Below are positions 24,509 to 34,619 of a stretch of 64,000 nt of DNA, in pieces (the stretch's first letter is position 1; each line of letters begins with the position of its first letter). Below the pieces are notes generated by a model. The model saw only the letters and a list, made by a program, of their open reading frames with translations. It made no database searches and had not been told where the DNA came from. Both the position numbers and the translations under genes were made by a program. Source of the DNA: an uncultured Bacteroidota bacterium (GTDB lineage Bacteria > Bacteroidota > Bacteroidia > Bacteroidales > P3); NCBI GenBank assembly GCA_902777005.1, contig CACYSB010000003.1, positions 10,614 through 74,613 of the forward strand. Reading direction: 5' to 3'.

Positions 24509-26638
24509 ATGAAAAGAATAATCCTTACACTATTAGCAGTGAGCCTTTTAGCCACACTGTCGGCACAAACGGCAAAATGTGGCATAGACACTAAAGCGCT
24601 TGTGCGCGAAGAAGTGGCCGCAGGTGCAAAGACCATCAGTTTCCTTGTGAAGGTAGTACCGGACTTCGACCGTGCGGTGTTCGAGAAGGCTGGCGTCGTC
24701 ATTGGTGCGCAGGGTGGCCCTATAGTCACCATGCGCGTGCCGGTGGAGAGCCTGGGTCTGCTGGATAGCAGCAAGGAGGTGGTGCAGTACAGCATCTCGC
24801 ACCGCGTGGGCGGAATGGACTGCGACAAGGCACGTGCAGACACGCGCGCCGACAGTGTACAGAACGGCCTGGGTACCATCGATGGAATACACATCGATGG
24901 TGAGGGTGTGCTAATAGGCATCACCGACTGGGGCTTCGATTATTCGCACCCCAACTACAACGGCCAGACCTCGAGCAACTGGCGTATGGAGCGTGCCTGG
25001 GACCACTTCAAGAAGAGCGGTCCTGCACCGGCAGGCTACAACTACGGCACAGAAACCATCGGAGCCTATGAACTTGCCGATGCACACGGCGACACGTCGA
25101 ACCTCTACGGCTACGGCACGCACGGCACACATGTGGCGGGTATTGCCGCTGGCAGAGGCAAAAGCGGCAAATACCGTGGGATGGCCCCCAAGGCACGTCT
25201 GCTCTTCTGCTCCTTCGGATTAGGTGAGGCCGAATGGATAGATGCTGTAGACTGGATGTACCGCGTGGCCAAGGAAGAAGGCAAGCGACTGGTAATCAAC
25301 AGCAGCTGGGGCATGTACTCGTTCAGCACCCTTGACGGCACTTCGCTGCTTTCTCAGCACATCAACAGTCTTTCCGACTCTGGCATAGTGTTCTGCACCA
25401 GTGCGGGCAACAACGGCGACGCCAACTTCCACGTCAGCAAGACATTCATTGACACCGTGGCGGACACGCTACGCACCATCGTCAAGGCCGCCAGCGAAAT
25501 ATACGTCATCCAGGAGACCGGGCAAGCCCTTATCATGTGGGGCGAGGTCGGCCACGATTTCGAAGCCACCGTGCGCATCAAGAACGGTAACAACATCTGG
25601 ACTGCTCCTTTCTACAGCACTGCCAACGACACCGTGATATATGACACCATGATATGCGGAGAGGATACCGTCAAGTGGCGCGTAATGATGGAGCACAGCA
25701 ACCCTTGGGATAACAGGCCTCACATGCAGCTTGACCTCGACAAGACTCCTCTTGAGAAGCAACTGCTCATAACCGCCGAGAGCGGCACGGTGCACGCATG
25801 GAACGTGGCCAACAAAGAGAACCACGCCGGCAATGAGGGCTGCTACTTTATCAGCGACAGTCGCGAAGGCTTCACGGCTGGTGACAACAACTACGGCATC
25901 GGCGAGCCTGCCTGTGCCGAGAAATGCATCAGCGTAGCCGCCCACATGTCCGACTCGTGGAACGTCACCACCCATGAATGCCGTACAGGCGACCACGCCT
26001 CTTTCACAAGCTACGGCCCCCTCATCAACGGGGAACAGAAGCCAGAGATATCAGCCCCCGGACAAGCAATAATATCATCCATCAGTGTATGGTCAGACGA
26101 CAGCCGCAACACAGCCAGCGAAAGCATGATGGACCTCACTGTGAACGGCCACACCTACCGCTGGGCAGCCATGAGCGGCACTTCTATGTCGTGTCCGGTG
26201 GTGACAGGCATCACCGCCCTTATCCTCCAAGCCAATCCCGACCTAAGCGTCACCGACATACGCCACATAATCACCAGCACCGCCCGCAACGACGACAAGA
26301 CCGGTCCGCTGGTAGCCAACGACAGTGCCGATGTTCGTTGGGGATGGGGCAAGATTGACGCTCTGCGCGCCGTCAACGCCGCCATGGATTATGTGAGCAT
26401 CCAGCAGGCCGAGAAGTACCGTCTGCCGCTGCACGTGTATCCCAACCCCACCACAGGCAAGCTGACGATAAACACTGGCTGCGGCGAGAAACAGACTGCC
26501 GAAATCATGAGCATCGACGGCAGAAAAGTGATGGAGATGCCCGTGACGCTTGAAGCTTCAATAGACGTCAGCGGAATGTCCAAAGGGGTGTACATTCTGC
26601 GCGTCGGCTCCCGAACCGAGAAAATCATAGTCAAGTAG
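24509..26638 (+). CDS. S8 (subtilisin-like) serine peptidase with T9SS C-terminal sorting domain
   Basis: Has a signal peptide. Catalytic residues are D (GITDWGFD), H (HGTHVAGI) and S (GTSMSCPVV). The C-terminus is YPNPTTGKLTI...GVYILRV...EKIIVK. Confidence 0.85.
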   Translation: MKRIILTLLAVSLLATLSAQTAKCGIDTKALVREEVAAGAKTISFLVKVVPDFDRAVFEKAGVVIGAQGGPIVTMRVPVESLGLLDSSKEVVQYSISHRVGGMDCDKARADTRADSVQNGLGTIDGIHIDGEGVLIGITDWGFDYSHPNYNGQTSSNWRMERAWDHFKKSGPAPAGYNYGTETIGAYELADAHGDTSNLYGYGTHGTHVAGIAAGRGKSGKYRGMAPKARLLFCSFGLGEAEWIDAVDWMYRVAKEEGKRLVINSSWGMYSFSTLDGTSLLSQHINSLSDSGIVFCTSAGNNGDANFHVSKTFIDTVADTLRTIVKAASEIYVIQETGQALIMWGEVGHDFEATVRIKNGNNIWTAPFYSTANDTVIYDTMICGEDTVKWRVMMEHSNPWDNRPHMQLDLDKTPLEKQLLITAESGTVHAWNVANKENHAGNEGCYFISDSREGFTAGDNNYGIGEPACAEKCISVAAHMSDSWNVTTHECRTGDHASFTSYGPLINGEQKPEISAPGQAIISSISVWSDDSRNTASESMMDLTVNGHTYRWAAMSGTSMSCPVVTGITALILQANPDLSVTDIRHIITSTARNDDKTGPLVANDSADVRWGWGKIDALRAVNAAMDYVSIQQAEKYRLPLHVYPNPTTGKLTINTGCGEKQTAEIMSIDGRKVMEMPVTLEASIDVSGMSKGVYILRVGSRTEKIIVK

Positions 26639-26640
26639 CA

Positions 26641-27633
26641 ATGCTCAACCTGTTCCGCAAAAACATGGCCGTTCAGGTGCTGCTCATAGTAGTGGCACTG
26701 GTTCTGCTATGGTTGCAACCGCTTATCACACCGCCGCCAATGACAGCGAGTCCCGACACCGACGGCGTACTCTACTCTCTGCTGGTCAACTGGCTCTCAG
26801 GAGTTTCCCGTCTGGCAGTCATCATAGCCATGATACTTGTGCTTGCGGAAGGGTTGCTACTCAACATACTGCTGTCGGACATAGGCCTCGTGCCACAGAC
26901 GACACTGCTGCCGACTCTCCTCTACATCACCATGATGAGCGCAACGGCCACCACACTGACCCCCATAGTACCTGTCTCTGCTGCACTCATCGGCTGCACC
27001 TACCTGCTGATGCTGCGCGGCACGCTGCTCACCATACCCACCAGCCGTATCTGCAGCGCCACAGCGCTGATAGGCCTCTGCTCGCTCTTCTACCTGCCTG
27101 CGCTGGCCATCCTCGTCAGCTACCTGTTCGTTGCCATTAGCTTCCGCCTCTACAACTGGCGCGACATCGTGGCGCTCCTGTTGGGCTTCCTTGCTCCCTA
27201 CGTGCTGCTCGTCACCGTGCTCTTCATGACCGACGGACTGGCCGAATGGTGGAGCGCAACGGCAGCCTCACTGGGCGGTTTCTCTTTCCATATTGCAGCC
27301 ACGGAACCGCTTCCGCTCATAGCCAACATACTACTGGCTCTCATCGTCGCCGCCTCCATCTTCATGCTTTGGGGCAAACTCGGCGAACACCCCGTAATGT
27401 GGCAGAAGAACGCCTCCACCGTGATGCTGCTCTCCATCGGCGCCATCATCATGCTCTTCTACTCCCACCTGCTGCCCGTCGACCTCTCCTTCTTCGCCAT
27501 TCCTTTCGCTCTCTGCGGCACACACATGCTGCTCCCCAAGCGCAACGGCAACATAATCGGTCACCGCAAACAGCGCCTCTGGATATACGACGTGTTATTC
27601 ATCCTAACCTTTGTTGCCGCTCTCGTATGCTGA
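26641..27633 (+). CDS. polytopic membrane protein, function unknown
   Basis: A 330-aa protein with many hydrophobic segments. Its stop overlaps the rnhB start. Confidence 0.6.
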   Translation: MLNLFRKNMAVQVLLIVVALVLLWLQPLITPPPMTASPDTDGVLYSLLVNWLSGVSRLAVIIAMILVLAEGLLLNILLSDIGLVPQTTLLPTLLYITMMSATATTLTPIVPVSAALIGCTYLLMLRGTLLTIPTSRICSATALIGLCSLFYLPALAILVSYLFVAISFRLYNWRDIVALLLGFLAPYVLLVTVLFMTDGLAEWWSATAASLGGFSFHIAATEPLPLIANILLALIVAASIFMLWGKLGEHPVMWQKNASTVMLLSIGAIIMLFYSHLLPVDLSFFAIPFALCGTHMLLPKRNGNIIGHRKQRLWIYDVLFILTFVAALVC

Positions 27634-28226
27634 AACCCTGGCTCATAGAAGGCCGCCGCGAGGCAGGATGCGATGAGGCTGGGCGCGGACCTCTGGCAGG
27701 CCCTGTGGTAGCTGCCGCCGTCGTGTTGCCACCCGACTACCGCAACGACATCCTCAACGACTCCAAGCAACTCACCGAGCGCCAACGCAACCTGCTACGC
27801 GCCGACATCGAGGCCAATGCCCTCGCTTGGGCCGTGGCCGTGGTTAGCCCCGAAGAAATCGACCGCCTCAACATCCTGCATGCATCGACCCACGCCATGT
27901 GCCTCGCCGTCCAGCAACTCCAAGGCCCTAAACCCGACTTCCTGCTCATCGACGGCAACCGCTTCTACAACGAGACCGACATCCCCTACCAGACCTTCGT
28001 CAAAGGCGACGCCACCTTCATGAGCATCGCCGCCGCCAGCATCCTCGCCAAAACCCACCGCGACGAGATTATGATCAAACTACACGAAGAGTTTCCGGAA
28101 TACGGATGGGACCGCAACAAAGGCTACCCCACCGCAGCACACTATGAAGCGATAGAGAAACACGGAGTGACACCGCACCACCGCCGCTCATTCAACCTTT
28201 ACAGACAACATACATTATTCGAATAG
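27627..28226 (+). CDS. rnhB: ribonuclease HII
   Basis: GCDEAGRGPLAGPVVAAAV and DSKQL motifs. Start at the ATG at 27627 (MLKPWLIEG), not at the track's 27246. Confidence 0.9.
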   Translation: MLKPWLIEGRREAGCDEAGRGPLAGPVVAAAVVLPPDYRNDILNDSKQLTERQRNLLRADIEANALAWAVAVVSPEEIDRLNILHASTHAMCLAVQQLQGPKPDFLLIDGNRFYNETDIPYQTFVKGDATFMSIAAASILAKTHRDEIMIKLHEEFPEYGWDRNKGYPTAAHYEAIEKHGVTPHHRRSFNLYRQHTLFE

Positions 28227-28229
28227 ACC

Positions 28230-28775
28230 ATGCTAGACTTCATAAAAGAAATACGTCGCCGCAACATCATCCGCGACCTCAAGGCCGCACCGCGGGAGAA
28301 GAAGATTGACAACCTCGAGGAGGTTCGCACCATAGGCCTCATCTGCCGTCTCGGCGATGAGAACTCATGGAACATCCTCCACCACTTCACCAAAGTGATG
28401 GAAAACCAAGGCAAAAGCGTCCACATCATGGCTTTGCTGCCGAAAGAACAGGATCTGGGCTTCGTGATAACCCACACAAACACCTACATCTGCCGCAGCA
28501 AGAATGACATCAATTTCTGGGGGTTACCGTCGGACGACAGCATTCAGCCTTTCATAGAGCGCCACTACGACCTGCTCATCGACACCATCGGAGACGAGAA
28601 CTTCTTTGCCCAGTACATAGCGCTGCGCACAGACGCCAGCCTCAAAGTGGTCTATGCCACCCCCTCCGAGGACCCCTCAGAAGTCTTCGACCTCATCATC
28701 CGCGGCGACGGCCAGGTGGAGCTCAAGGATTTCTTCAATAACATCGTCAAATACCTCAGCAAGATACAGAAATGA
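28230..28775 (+). CDS. conserved hypothetical protein
   Basis: A 181-aa protein, translationally coupled to dapA. Confidence 0.55.
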   Translation: MLDFIKEIRRRNIIRDLKAAPREKKIDNLEEVRTIGLICRLGDENSWNILHHFTKVMENQGKSVHIMALLPKEQDLGFVITHTNTYICRSKNDINFWGLPSDDSIQPFIERHYDLLIDTIGDENFFAQYIALRTDASLKVVYATPSEDPSEVFDLIIRGDGQVELKDFFNNIVKYLSKIQK

Positions 28776-29662
28776 AACAGCCCCTCTTCACGGGCACCGG
28801 CGTGGCCCTCATCACGCCCTTCCGTCGCGGCCAGGAGACCGTCGACTTCACCAAGCTCGAGGCTCTCATCGAGCACATTGTCGCCTCCGGCGTCGACTAT
28901 ATAGTGGCCCTCGGCACCACCAGCGAAGCCGCCACACTCACCGACAGCGAGCGTGCCGCCGTCCAGGAGTTCATCGTGGAGACCGTAAACGGTCGCATCC
29001 CCATCATGCTCGGCCTCGGCGGCAACAACACCCTCGCCCTCACCGAGACCATCTCCCGCACCAACTTCGAGGGCATCAGCGGCCTCCTCTCAGTAACACC
29101 TTTCTACAACAAGCCCAACCAGCGCGGCATCATGGCACACTACCGCATCGTGTCCGAAACCTCACCGGTGCCCGTCGTCATGTACAACGTGCCCGGCCGC
29201 ACCGGTGTCAACATCACCGCCGACACAGCCCTCGCCATCGCCGCCGAATGCCCTAACATCATCGGCATCAAGGAGGCTTCCGGCAACCTCATGCAGGTAA
29301 TGGAGCTCCTGCGCAACCGCCCTGCAGGCTTCCGCGTCATCAGCGGCGACGACGCACTCACCTACCCCATGCTCGCACTCGGCGCCGACGGCGTCATCTC
29401 TGTCATCGCCAACGCGCTCCCGAAAGAGACTTCCGACATGGTACGCTTCGCACTCAAGGGTGACTACAAGCACGCTCTGCCCCTCCACTACCGTCTCCTG
29501 CCCCTCATGCACGCCATCTTCGACGAAGGCAACCCCACCGGCATCAAGGCTCTCCTCGAAACCCAGGGGCGCATCACCAACGCTCTCCGACTCCCACTCG
29601 TAAAAGCCTCCAAGCAGCTCTCCAACAAGATTGCAACCCTCTACAATGAATTTGGAGCCTAA
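28772..29662 (+). CDS. dapA: 4-hydroxy-tetrahydrodipicolinate synthase
   Basis: GTTSEA, YNVPGRTG and IIGIKEASG are DapA motifs. Confidence 0.9.
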   Translation: MKQPLFTGTGVALITPFRRGQETVDFTKLEALIEHIVASGVDYIVALGTTSEAATLTDSERAAVQEFIVETVNGRIPIMLGLGGNNTLALTETISRTNFEGISGLLSVTPFYNKPNQRGIMAHYRIVSETSPVPVVMYNVPGRTGVNITADTALAIAAECPNIIGIKEASGNLMQVMELLRNRPAGFRVISGDDALTYPMLALGADGVISVIANALPKETSDMVRFALKGDYKHALPLHYRLLPLMHAIFDEGNPTGIKALLETQGRITNALRLPLVKASKQLSNKIATLYNEFGA

Positions 29663-30365
29663 CATCGAACAGGTGCGGCAAGAATACCTCCGCCGCGTGA
29701 CCGGCGGCAACGGCGCGCTTCTCCATGATGTGCAGGCTCACATCGCCTCACGCATGGGCAAGATGCTGCGCCCCAGGCTGACACTCCTCGCTGCCGCCAC
29801 CCTCGGCGATGACCACCTCAACTCACGTCGCACCTTGCTCCTCGCCGTAGCCGTCGAGATGCTCCACAACGCCTCACTCCTCCACGACGACGTCATCGAC
29901 CGCGCCAACACCCGACGCGGTATCCCATCCGTCAACGCACGCTGGGGCAACCCCGTAGCCGTACTCGTCGGCGACTACCTTCTGGCTCAGATCATGAACC
30001 TCCTCGACGAGGTCGACGACCGCGACGCCACGCGCCTCATCAACAGCACCGTCATCCAAATGGTTCAGTCCGAGCTTCTACAACAGGAGACGGCAGTCAG
30101 CGGTCAGCAGACAGCAGACAGCAACAACCGCCAGCAGCTAACCGCCAGCAGCTACCTCGCCGTCATCGACGGCAAGACCGCCCGTCTCTTCGCCACCGCC
30201 TGCGCCCTCGGCAACCCGCTCTACGAGGACTTCGGCCTCCATTACGGCCGCCTCTTCCAGATGCGCGACGACATAGCCGACGGCGAGGCGCCCGACTTCG
30301 TAAACGAGCTAATCGAGCGTGAAACGCAAGAAATCAACAACCTGAAATACATATTATCGATATGA
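29646..30365 (+). CDS. polyprenyl synthetase family protein (unusually short)
   Basis: LLHDDVID is the first Asp-rich motif and QMRDDIAD the second. Only about 35 residues follow the second motif. Carries a low-complexity insert, AVSGQQTADSNNRQQLTASS. Confidence 0.65.
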   Translation: MNLEPNIEQVRQEYLRRVTGGNGALLHDVQAHIASRMGKMLRPRLTLLAAATLGDDHLNSRRTLLLAVAVEMLHNASLLHDDVIDRANTRRGIPSVNARWGNPVAVLVGDYLLAQIMNLLDEVDDRDATRLINSTVIQMVQSELLQQETAVSGQQTADSNNRQQLTASSYLAVIDGKTARLFATACALGNPLYEDFGLHYGRLFQMRDDIADGEAPDFVNELIERETQEINNLKYILSI

Positions 30366-30856
30366 AAAAAATCATACTTACCCTCATGGGCCTCGTCATG
30401 GCCGCCGGCCTCATGGCCCAGAACGCCAAGATGCCGCAGAACATCACCCTCAAGAGCATCGACGGCCAAAGCGTACAGTCGTCCGTCATCCAGAACGACG
30501 GCAAGCCCGTCATCATCAGCTTCTGGGCCACATGGTGCAAACCCTGCAACCGCGAGCTCAACAACATCAAGGAGGTCTATGAAGAGTGGCAGGAGGAGAC
30601 CGGCGTCAAGCTGGTGGCCATCAGCATCGACGACGCCCGCAGCGCCGCGCGCGTGAAACCCCACGTCGACGGCAACGACTGGCCCTACGAGGTCTACCTC
30701 GACCAGAACTCCGACCTCAAACGCGCCATGGGCGTGGTCAACGTGCCCCACACTTTCATCCTCAACGGCGACGGTGAGATAGTGTGGCAACACGCTGGCT
30801 ACCAAGACGGTGCCGAGGAAGAAACCATCGAAGAAGTACGTAAGTTGCTGAAATAA
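30362..30856 (+). CDS. TlpA-like thiol:disulfide oxidoreductase (redoxin)
   Basis: Signal peptide plus the FWATWCKPCNRE CxxC motif. Confidence 0.8.
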   Translation: MKKIILTLMGLVMAAGLMAQNAKMPQNITLKSIDGQSVQSSVIQNDGKPVIISFWATWCKPCNRELNNIKEVYEEWQEETGVKLVAISIDDARSAARVKPHVDGNDWPYEVYLDQNSDLKRAMGVVNVPHTFILNGDGEIVWQHAGYQDGAEEETIEEVRKLLK

Positions 30857-30875
30857 GGCTTTTTCAGCGTAGCCC

Positions 30876-30963
30876 CTCCGTACCCGCTCCGTACCCGCTC
30901 CGACTGTTCTACGGTTGTTTAACGGTTTTTTGTCGAACAGCAGTCGGAGCGGGTACGGAGAGG
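30876..30963 (+). repeat. CTCCG/CGGAG palindromic element, copy 2
   Basis: Perfect 18-bp inverted repeat CCGTACCCGCTCCGACTG (30889-30906) / CAGTCGGAGCGGGTACGG (30941-30958). The loop contains GTTCTACGGTTGTTTAACGG. Confidence 0.8.
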
Positions 30964-31005
30964 CATCGTAGCGGATGCGTAGAGTGATAGATACAGATTG
31001 TAACA

Positions 31006-32004
31006 ATGACAACAATATTGGCCATAGAGTCGAGTTGCGACGACACGTCGGCGGCGGTGCTGCGCGACCGTGTGGTGCTTAGCAACGTAATCGCCAGCCA
31101 GAAGGTACACGAGCAGTACGGCGGCGTGGTGCCAGAGCTCGCCAGCCGCGCCCACCAGCAGAACATCATACCGGTTGTCGACGCCGCCATCAAGCAGGCC
31201 GGCATCGCCAAGGAGGAGATTGACGCCGTGGGCTTCACGCGCGGCCCGGGACTGCTGGGCTCGCTGCTCGTGGGCGTCAGCTTTGCCAAGAGCTTCGCCA
31301 CAGCCATCGACCGCCCTCTGATAGAGGTCAACCACCTGCAGGCCCATGTGCTGAGCCACTTCATCGACCGCGGCGAGCCGATGCCGCAGTTCCCCTTTAT
31401 CTGCCTGCTTGTCAGCGGCGGACACACACAGATACTGCTGCTCAAAGACTATTTCGACATCGAGTGCCTCGGCACCACCATCGACGATGCCGCAGGCGAA
31501 GCCATCGACAAAGCCGCCAAGATCATGGACCTCGGCTACCCCGGCGGCCCCGTCATCGACCGCCTGGCCAAGGAGGGCGACGCCGACGCCTACCGCTTCG
31601 CCACGCCGCACATCGCAGGCTACGACTACTCCTTCTCGGGCATAAAGACCTCGTTCCTCTACTTCCTGCGCGACCGGCTGAAGGAAGATCCCGATTTCAT
31701 CGAGAAGCACAAGGCCGACCTCTGCGCCAGCATCCAGAAGACCATCGTGGACTTCCTGATGAAGAAGGTGGAGCGCGCCGCAATAGACCACAAGGTGCGC
31801 CAGCTGGCCATAGCCGGAGGCGTGAGCGCCAACAGCCTGCTGCGCAGCGAGCTGCAGCGCATCTGCCAGAAACACCACTGGCAGGCCTTCATACCACCCT
31901 TCAGCTTCTGCACCGACAACGCCGCCATGGTGGCCATAGCGGCCCACTTCAAGTATCTCAAAGGAGAGTTCGCCGACATCAGCCTGCCGCCGTACACAAG
32001 GTAG
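31006..32004 (+). CDS. tsaD: tRNA N6-adenosine threonylcarbamoyltransferase
   Basis: LAIESSCDDTS, HxxxH-type region and AGGVSAN motifs. Confidence 0.9.
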   Translation: MTTILAIESSCDDTSAAVLRDRVVLSNVIASQKVHEQYGGVVPELASRAHQQNIIPVVDAAIKQAGIAKEEIDAVGFTRGPGLLGSLLVGVSFAKSFATAIDRPLIEVNHLQAHVLSHFIDRGEPMPQFPFICLLVSGGHTQILLLKDYFDIECLGTTIDDAAGEAIDKAAKIMDLGYPGGPVIDRLAKEGDADAYRFATPHIAGYDYSFSGIKTSFLYFLRDRLKEDPDFIEKHKADLCASIQKTIVDFLMKKVERAAIDHKVRQLAIAGGVSANSLLRSELQRICQKHHWQAFIPPFSFCTDNAAMVAIAAHFKYLKGEFADISLPPYTR

Positions 32005-32023
32005 AAGACAATGCATCTTTACC

Positions 32024-33034
32024 ATGAAGACAAGAATGACAAGAAAGACATATTGGACGAAAGGTGTATTCATTTTGTCTTTCTTTTCTTTCTTTTCGTT
32101 CGACATAAAAGCGCAGGACATACATTTCTCGATGTTCGACCTTGACCCGCTGCTCTTCAACCCCGCCTACAGCGGCTTCTTCGACGCTTCGGCGCGCTTC
32201 GGGGCGGTGTATCGCAACCAATGGGCCTCGGTGAGCACACCGTTCCAGACGGTCAGCGCCACCGCCGAGGTGGCCTTCCTGCGCAGCCAGCGCAACCGCA
32301 ACGGCCTCAACGGCGGCCTGTGGGTGAGCAACGACCGCGCCGGCACCCTCGGCTACGGCTCCACCACAGCGTCGGCCATCGTCAGCTACTTCCAGGGGCT
32401 GGGCGACGGCAGCAACATCCTTTCCATAGGCCTCGAAGGTGGCATCGGGCAGGTGGGGTTCAGCACCGACGGCATCGAGATGGCCGACGGCACCGAGAGC
32501 TTCAACCGCACCAAGGTATTCTACCCCACCCTCGGCGCCGGAATAGCTTGGTACTGCCAGGTGAGCGACGCTGTCTACACCAAGCTGGGCCTCTCAATGC
32601 GCAACATCAACGAGCCGGACATCAGCTACACGGGCATGAGCGCCGACACGCGGCTGAGCCGCCGCTTCAACATCTATGGGCGCGCCGAGTGGCGCTTCGC
32701 CGACAGCTGGGGACTGCTGCCTGTGGTGGGCTACCAGCGACAGCGCAACTTCAACGAGCTGGTCTACGGCGGCGACGTGCGCTGGTACCTCAACGAAGAG
32801 CCGCACAACTATTTGGCCTTCAGCGCCGGTATCATAGGGCGCCACGCCGATGCGGCGGCCATAAACCTCGCCGTGATGTGGCGTGAGTGGACCTTCGCCT
32901 TCTGCTACGACGCCAATGTGTCGCGTCTGGCAAGGGCCAGCCACACCATCGGTGCCTTCGAGGTGGGCATAGTATACCTGATGAGCAAAAACAACAAGCG
33001 GCAACGCAAAGCAATACAATGCCCCATCTTTTGA
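32024..33034 (+). CDS. PorP/SprF-family T9SS membrane protein
   Basis: AQDIHFSMFDLDPLLFNPAYSG is the PorP/SprF signature. Confidence 0.75.
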   Translation: MKTRMTRKTYWTKGVFILSFFSFFSFDIKAQDIHFSMFDLDPLLFNPAYSGFFDASARFGAVYRNQWASVSTPFQTVSATAEVAFLRSQRNRNGLNGGLWVSNDRAGTLGYGSTTASAIVSYFQGLGDGSNILSIGLEGGIGQVGFSTDGIEMADGTESFNRTKVFYPTLGAGIAWYCQVSDAVYTKLGLSMRNINEPDISYTGMSADTRLSRRFNIYGRAEWRFADSWGLLPVVGYQRQRNFNELVYGGDVRWYLNEEPHNYLAFSAGIIGRHADAAAINLAVMWREWTFAFCYDANVSRLARASHTIGAFEVGIVYLMSKNNKRQRKAIQCPIF

Positions 33035-34575
33035 CCATACTGCTGCTTTTGTTACTGCCGCTCTCCCTACAGGGGCAATATAAAGTGACGCATCTCGAGA
33101 AGCCCATCAACACCACGGGCAGCGAGACAGGGGCTGTGCGCGTGGGCGACACGGTGCTTGCCTACAGCACCATGCCGCCAGAAGTCGGGGGCAACAAGAT
33201 GTTCGGCTTCAGCAGTGCACAGATGCAGGTGTGGCAGGCCCGCATAGCACGCAGCGGCAAGCTGGCGCGGCCGAAGCCGAACCGCTGGGGGCTCAACACC
33301 CGGCGCGAGCACACCGGCAACCTTGCCCTCGACCCCTACACCAATGACCTCTACTTCACGCGCTGCCGCGTGGGTGACCCCGACCTGCGGTGCGAGATAT
33401 TTTGGGCAAAGAAACAGCGACGCGGCTGGAGCAAACCGCAGCCCTTGCGCGGCAAGGTGAACACAGACAACTACACGGCCACCCACCCCGCCGTGGGACG
33501 GCTGGCTGACAGCACGGTGATACTCTACTTCGTCAGCGACCGCGAAGGGGGCATGGGCGGCATGGATATATGGTACACACTGGTGAAGAACGGCGTGGCG
33601 GGCGAGTGCGTAAACCTCGGTCCGCAGGTCAACAGCCCTGCCGACGAGATAACCCCCTACTACGACCAAGTGAACGGCGTGCTATACTTCAGCAGCGACC
33701 GCACGGGCGGAAAAGGCGGCCACGACATCTACTGCGCCGTGGGCCAGCGCAACACCTGGCAGAAAGCCGAAGCCGTGTGCCAATGCATCAACAGCGAGCA
33801 GAACGACATTTACTTCACCATCAGCCAGCGCGACTCCGCCACCGGCATACCCGTCAGCGGATACCTCAGCAGCAACCGCGCCGACAGCTACTTCCTCAAC
33901 GACTCCATGTGCTGCAACGACATCTACCAGTGGCAACTGGATAGCACCATGCTGCCCTCCAGAGATACCGTCGTCGCCATCGATACCACAACTCCTAACT
34001 CAGAACTCACAACTCATAATTCAGAACTCAAAACTCAGAACTCCTTCATGTTCCCCCTGTTCCTCTACTTCCACAACGACGAACCAGACCCCATGAGCCG
34101 GCAGGCCACGACGGCGACGAGCTATCAGGAGTGCCAGCGGCGCTATGCACAGCTGCGCGGCGAGTACCTAAGCCATCAGACCTCGGCCATCGACTCGGCC
34201 ATGATGCAGCTGTTCTTCGACACCTGCGTGGTGGGCAACTACGAGCGCGTGGAGGCCCTGTTCGACTATGTCGAGGAGCAGCTCGACGAAGGCCACCGCG
34301 TGGTGCTGACCATCGCCGGCTATGCCTCGCCGGTCTTCCAGAGCGAATACAACCAGCTGCTTTCGGAGCGAAGGATTGCCTCCTTCGTCAACATGCTGCG
34401 CGCCTGGCGCGGCGGCATGTTCGCCGACGCCATGGACGACGGTCGCCTCACCATCGTGCAGAAGCCCCATGGTGCCGTTGCGCCCACTACCGAAAGCCTC
34501 TCCAAAGACCCCGTCTACGGCCTTCCCGCCGCCATCTCCCGCAGGATAGAAGTGCTCTCCTGCGAGGTGAAGTAG
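33019..34575 (+). CDS. OmpA-family protein with TolB/PD40-like repeats
   Basis: Start at MPHLLTILLL (signal peptide). Has repeated Y(F/Y)(T/S)SDR blocks. The C-terminal OmpA-like region is TIAGYASPVFQSEYNQLLSERRIASF. Confidence 0.7.
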   Translation: MPHLLTILLLLLLPLSLQGQYKVTHLEKPINTTGSETGAVRVGDTVLAYSTMPPEVGGNKMFGFSSAQMQVWQARIARSGKLARPKPNRWGLNTRREHTGNLALDPYTNDLYFTRCRVGDPDLRCEIFWAKKQRRGWSKPQPLRGKVNTDNYTATHPAVGRLADSTVILYFVSDREGGMGGMDIWYTLVKNGVAGECVNLGPQVNSPADEITPYYDQVNGVLYFSSDRTGGKGGHDIYCAVGQRNTWQKAEAVCQCINSEQNDIYFTISQRDSATGIPVSGYLSSNRADSYFLNDSMCCNDIYQWQLDSTMLPSRDTVVAIDTTTPNSELTTHNSELKTQNSFMFPLFLYFHNDEPDPMSRQATTATSYQECQRRYAQLRGEYLSHQTSAIDSAMMQLFFDTCVVGNYERVEALFDYVEEQLDEGHRVVLTIAGYASPVFQSEYNQLLSERRIASFVNMLRAWRGGMFADAMDDGRLTIVQKPHGAVAPTTESLSKDPVYGLPAAISRRIEVLSCEVK

Positions 34576-34605
34576 AAAATATTTTGCCCATATAAAAAAA
34601 CTTTG

Positions 34606-34613
34606 TATCTTTG
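34606..34613 (+). promoter_or_regulatory. -7 promoter box (TATCTTTG) driving the islet leader
   Basis: TAnnTTTG match, about 285 nt upstream of the methyltransferase ATG. Confidence 0.5.
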
Positions 34614-34619
34614 CACTCC

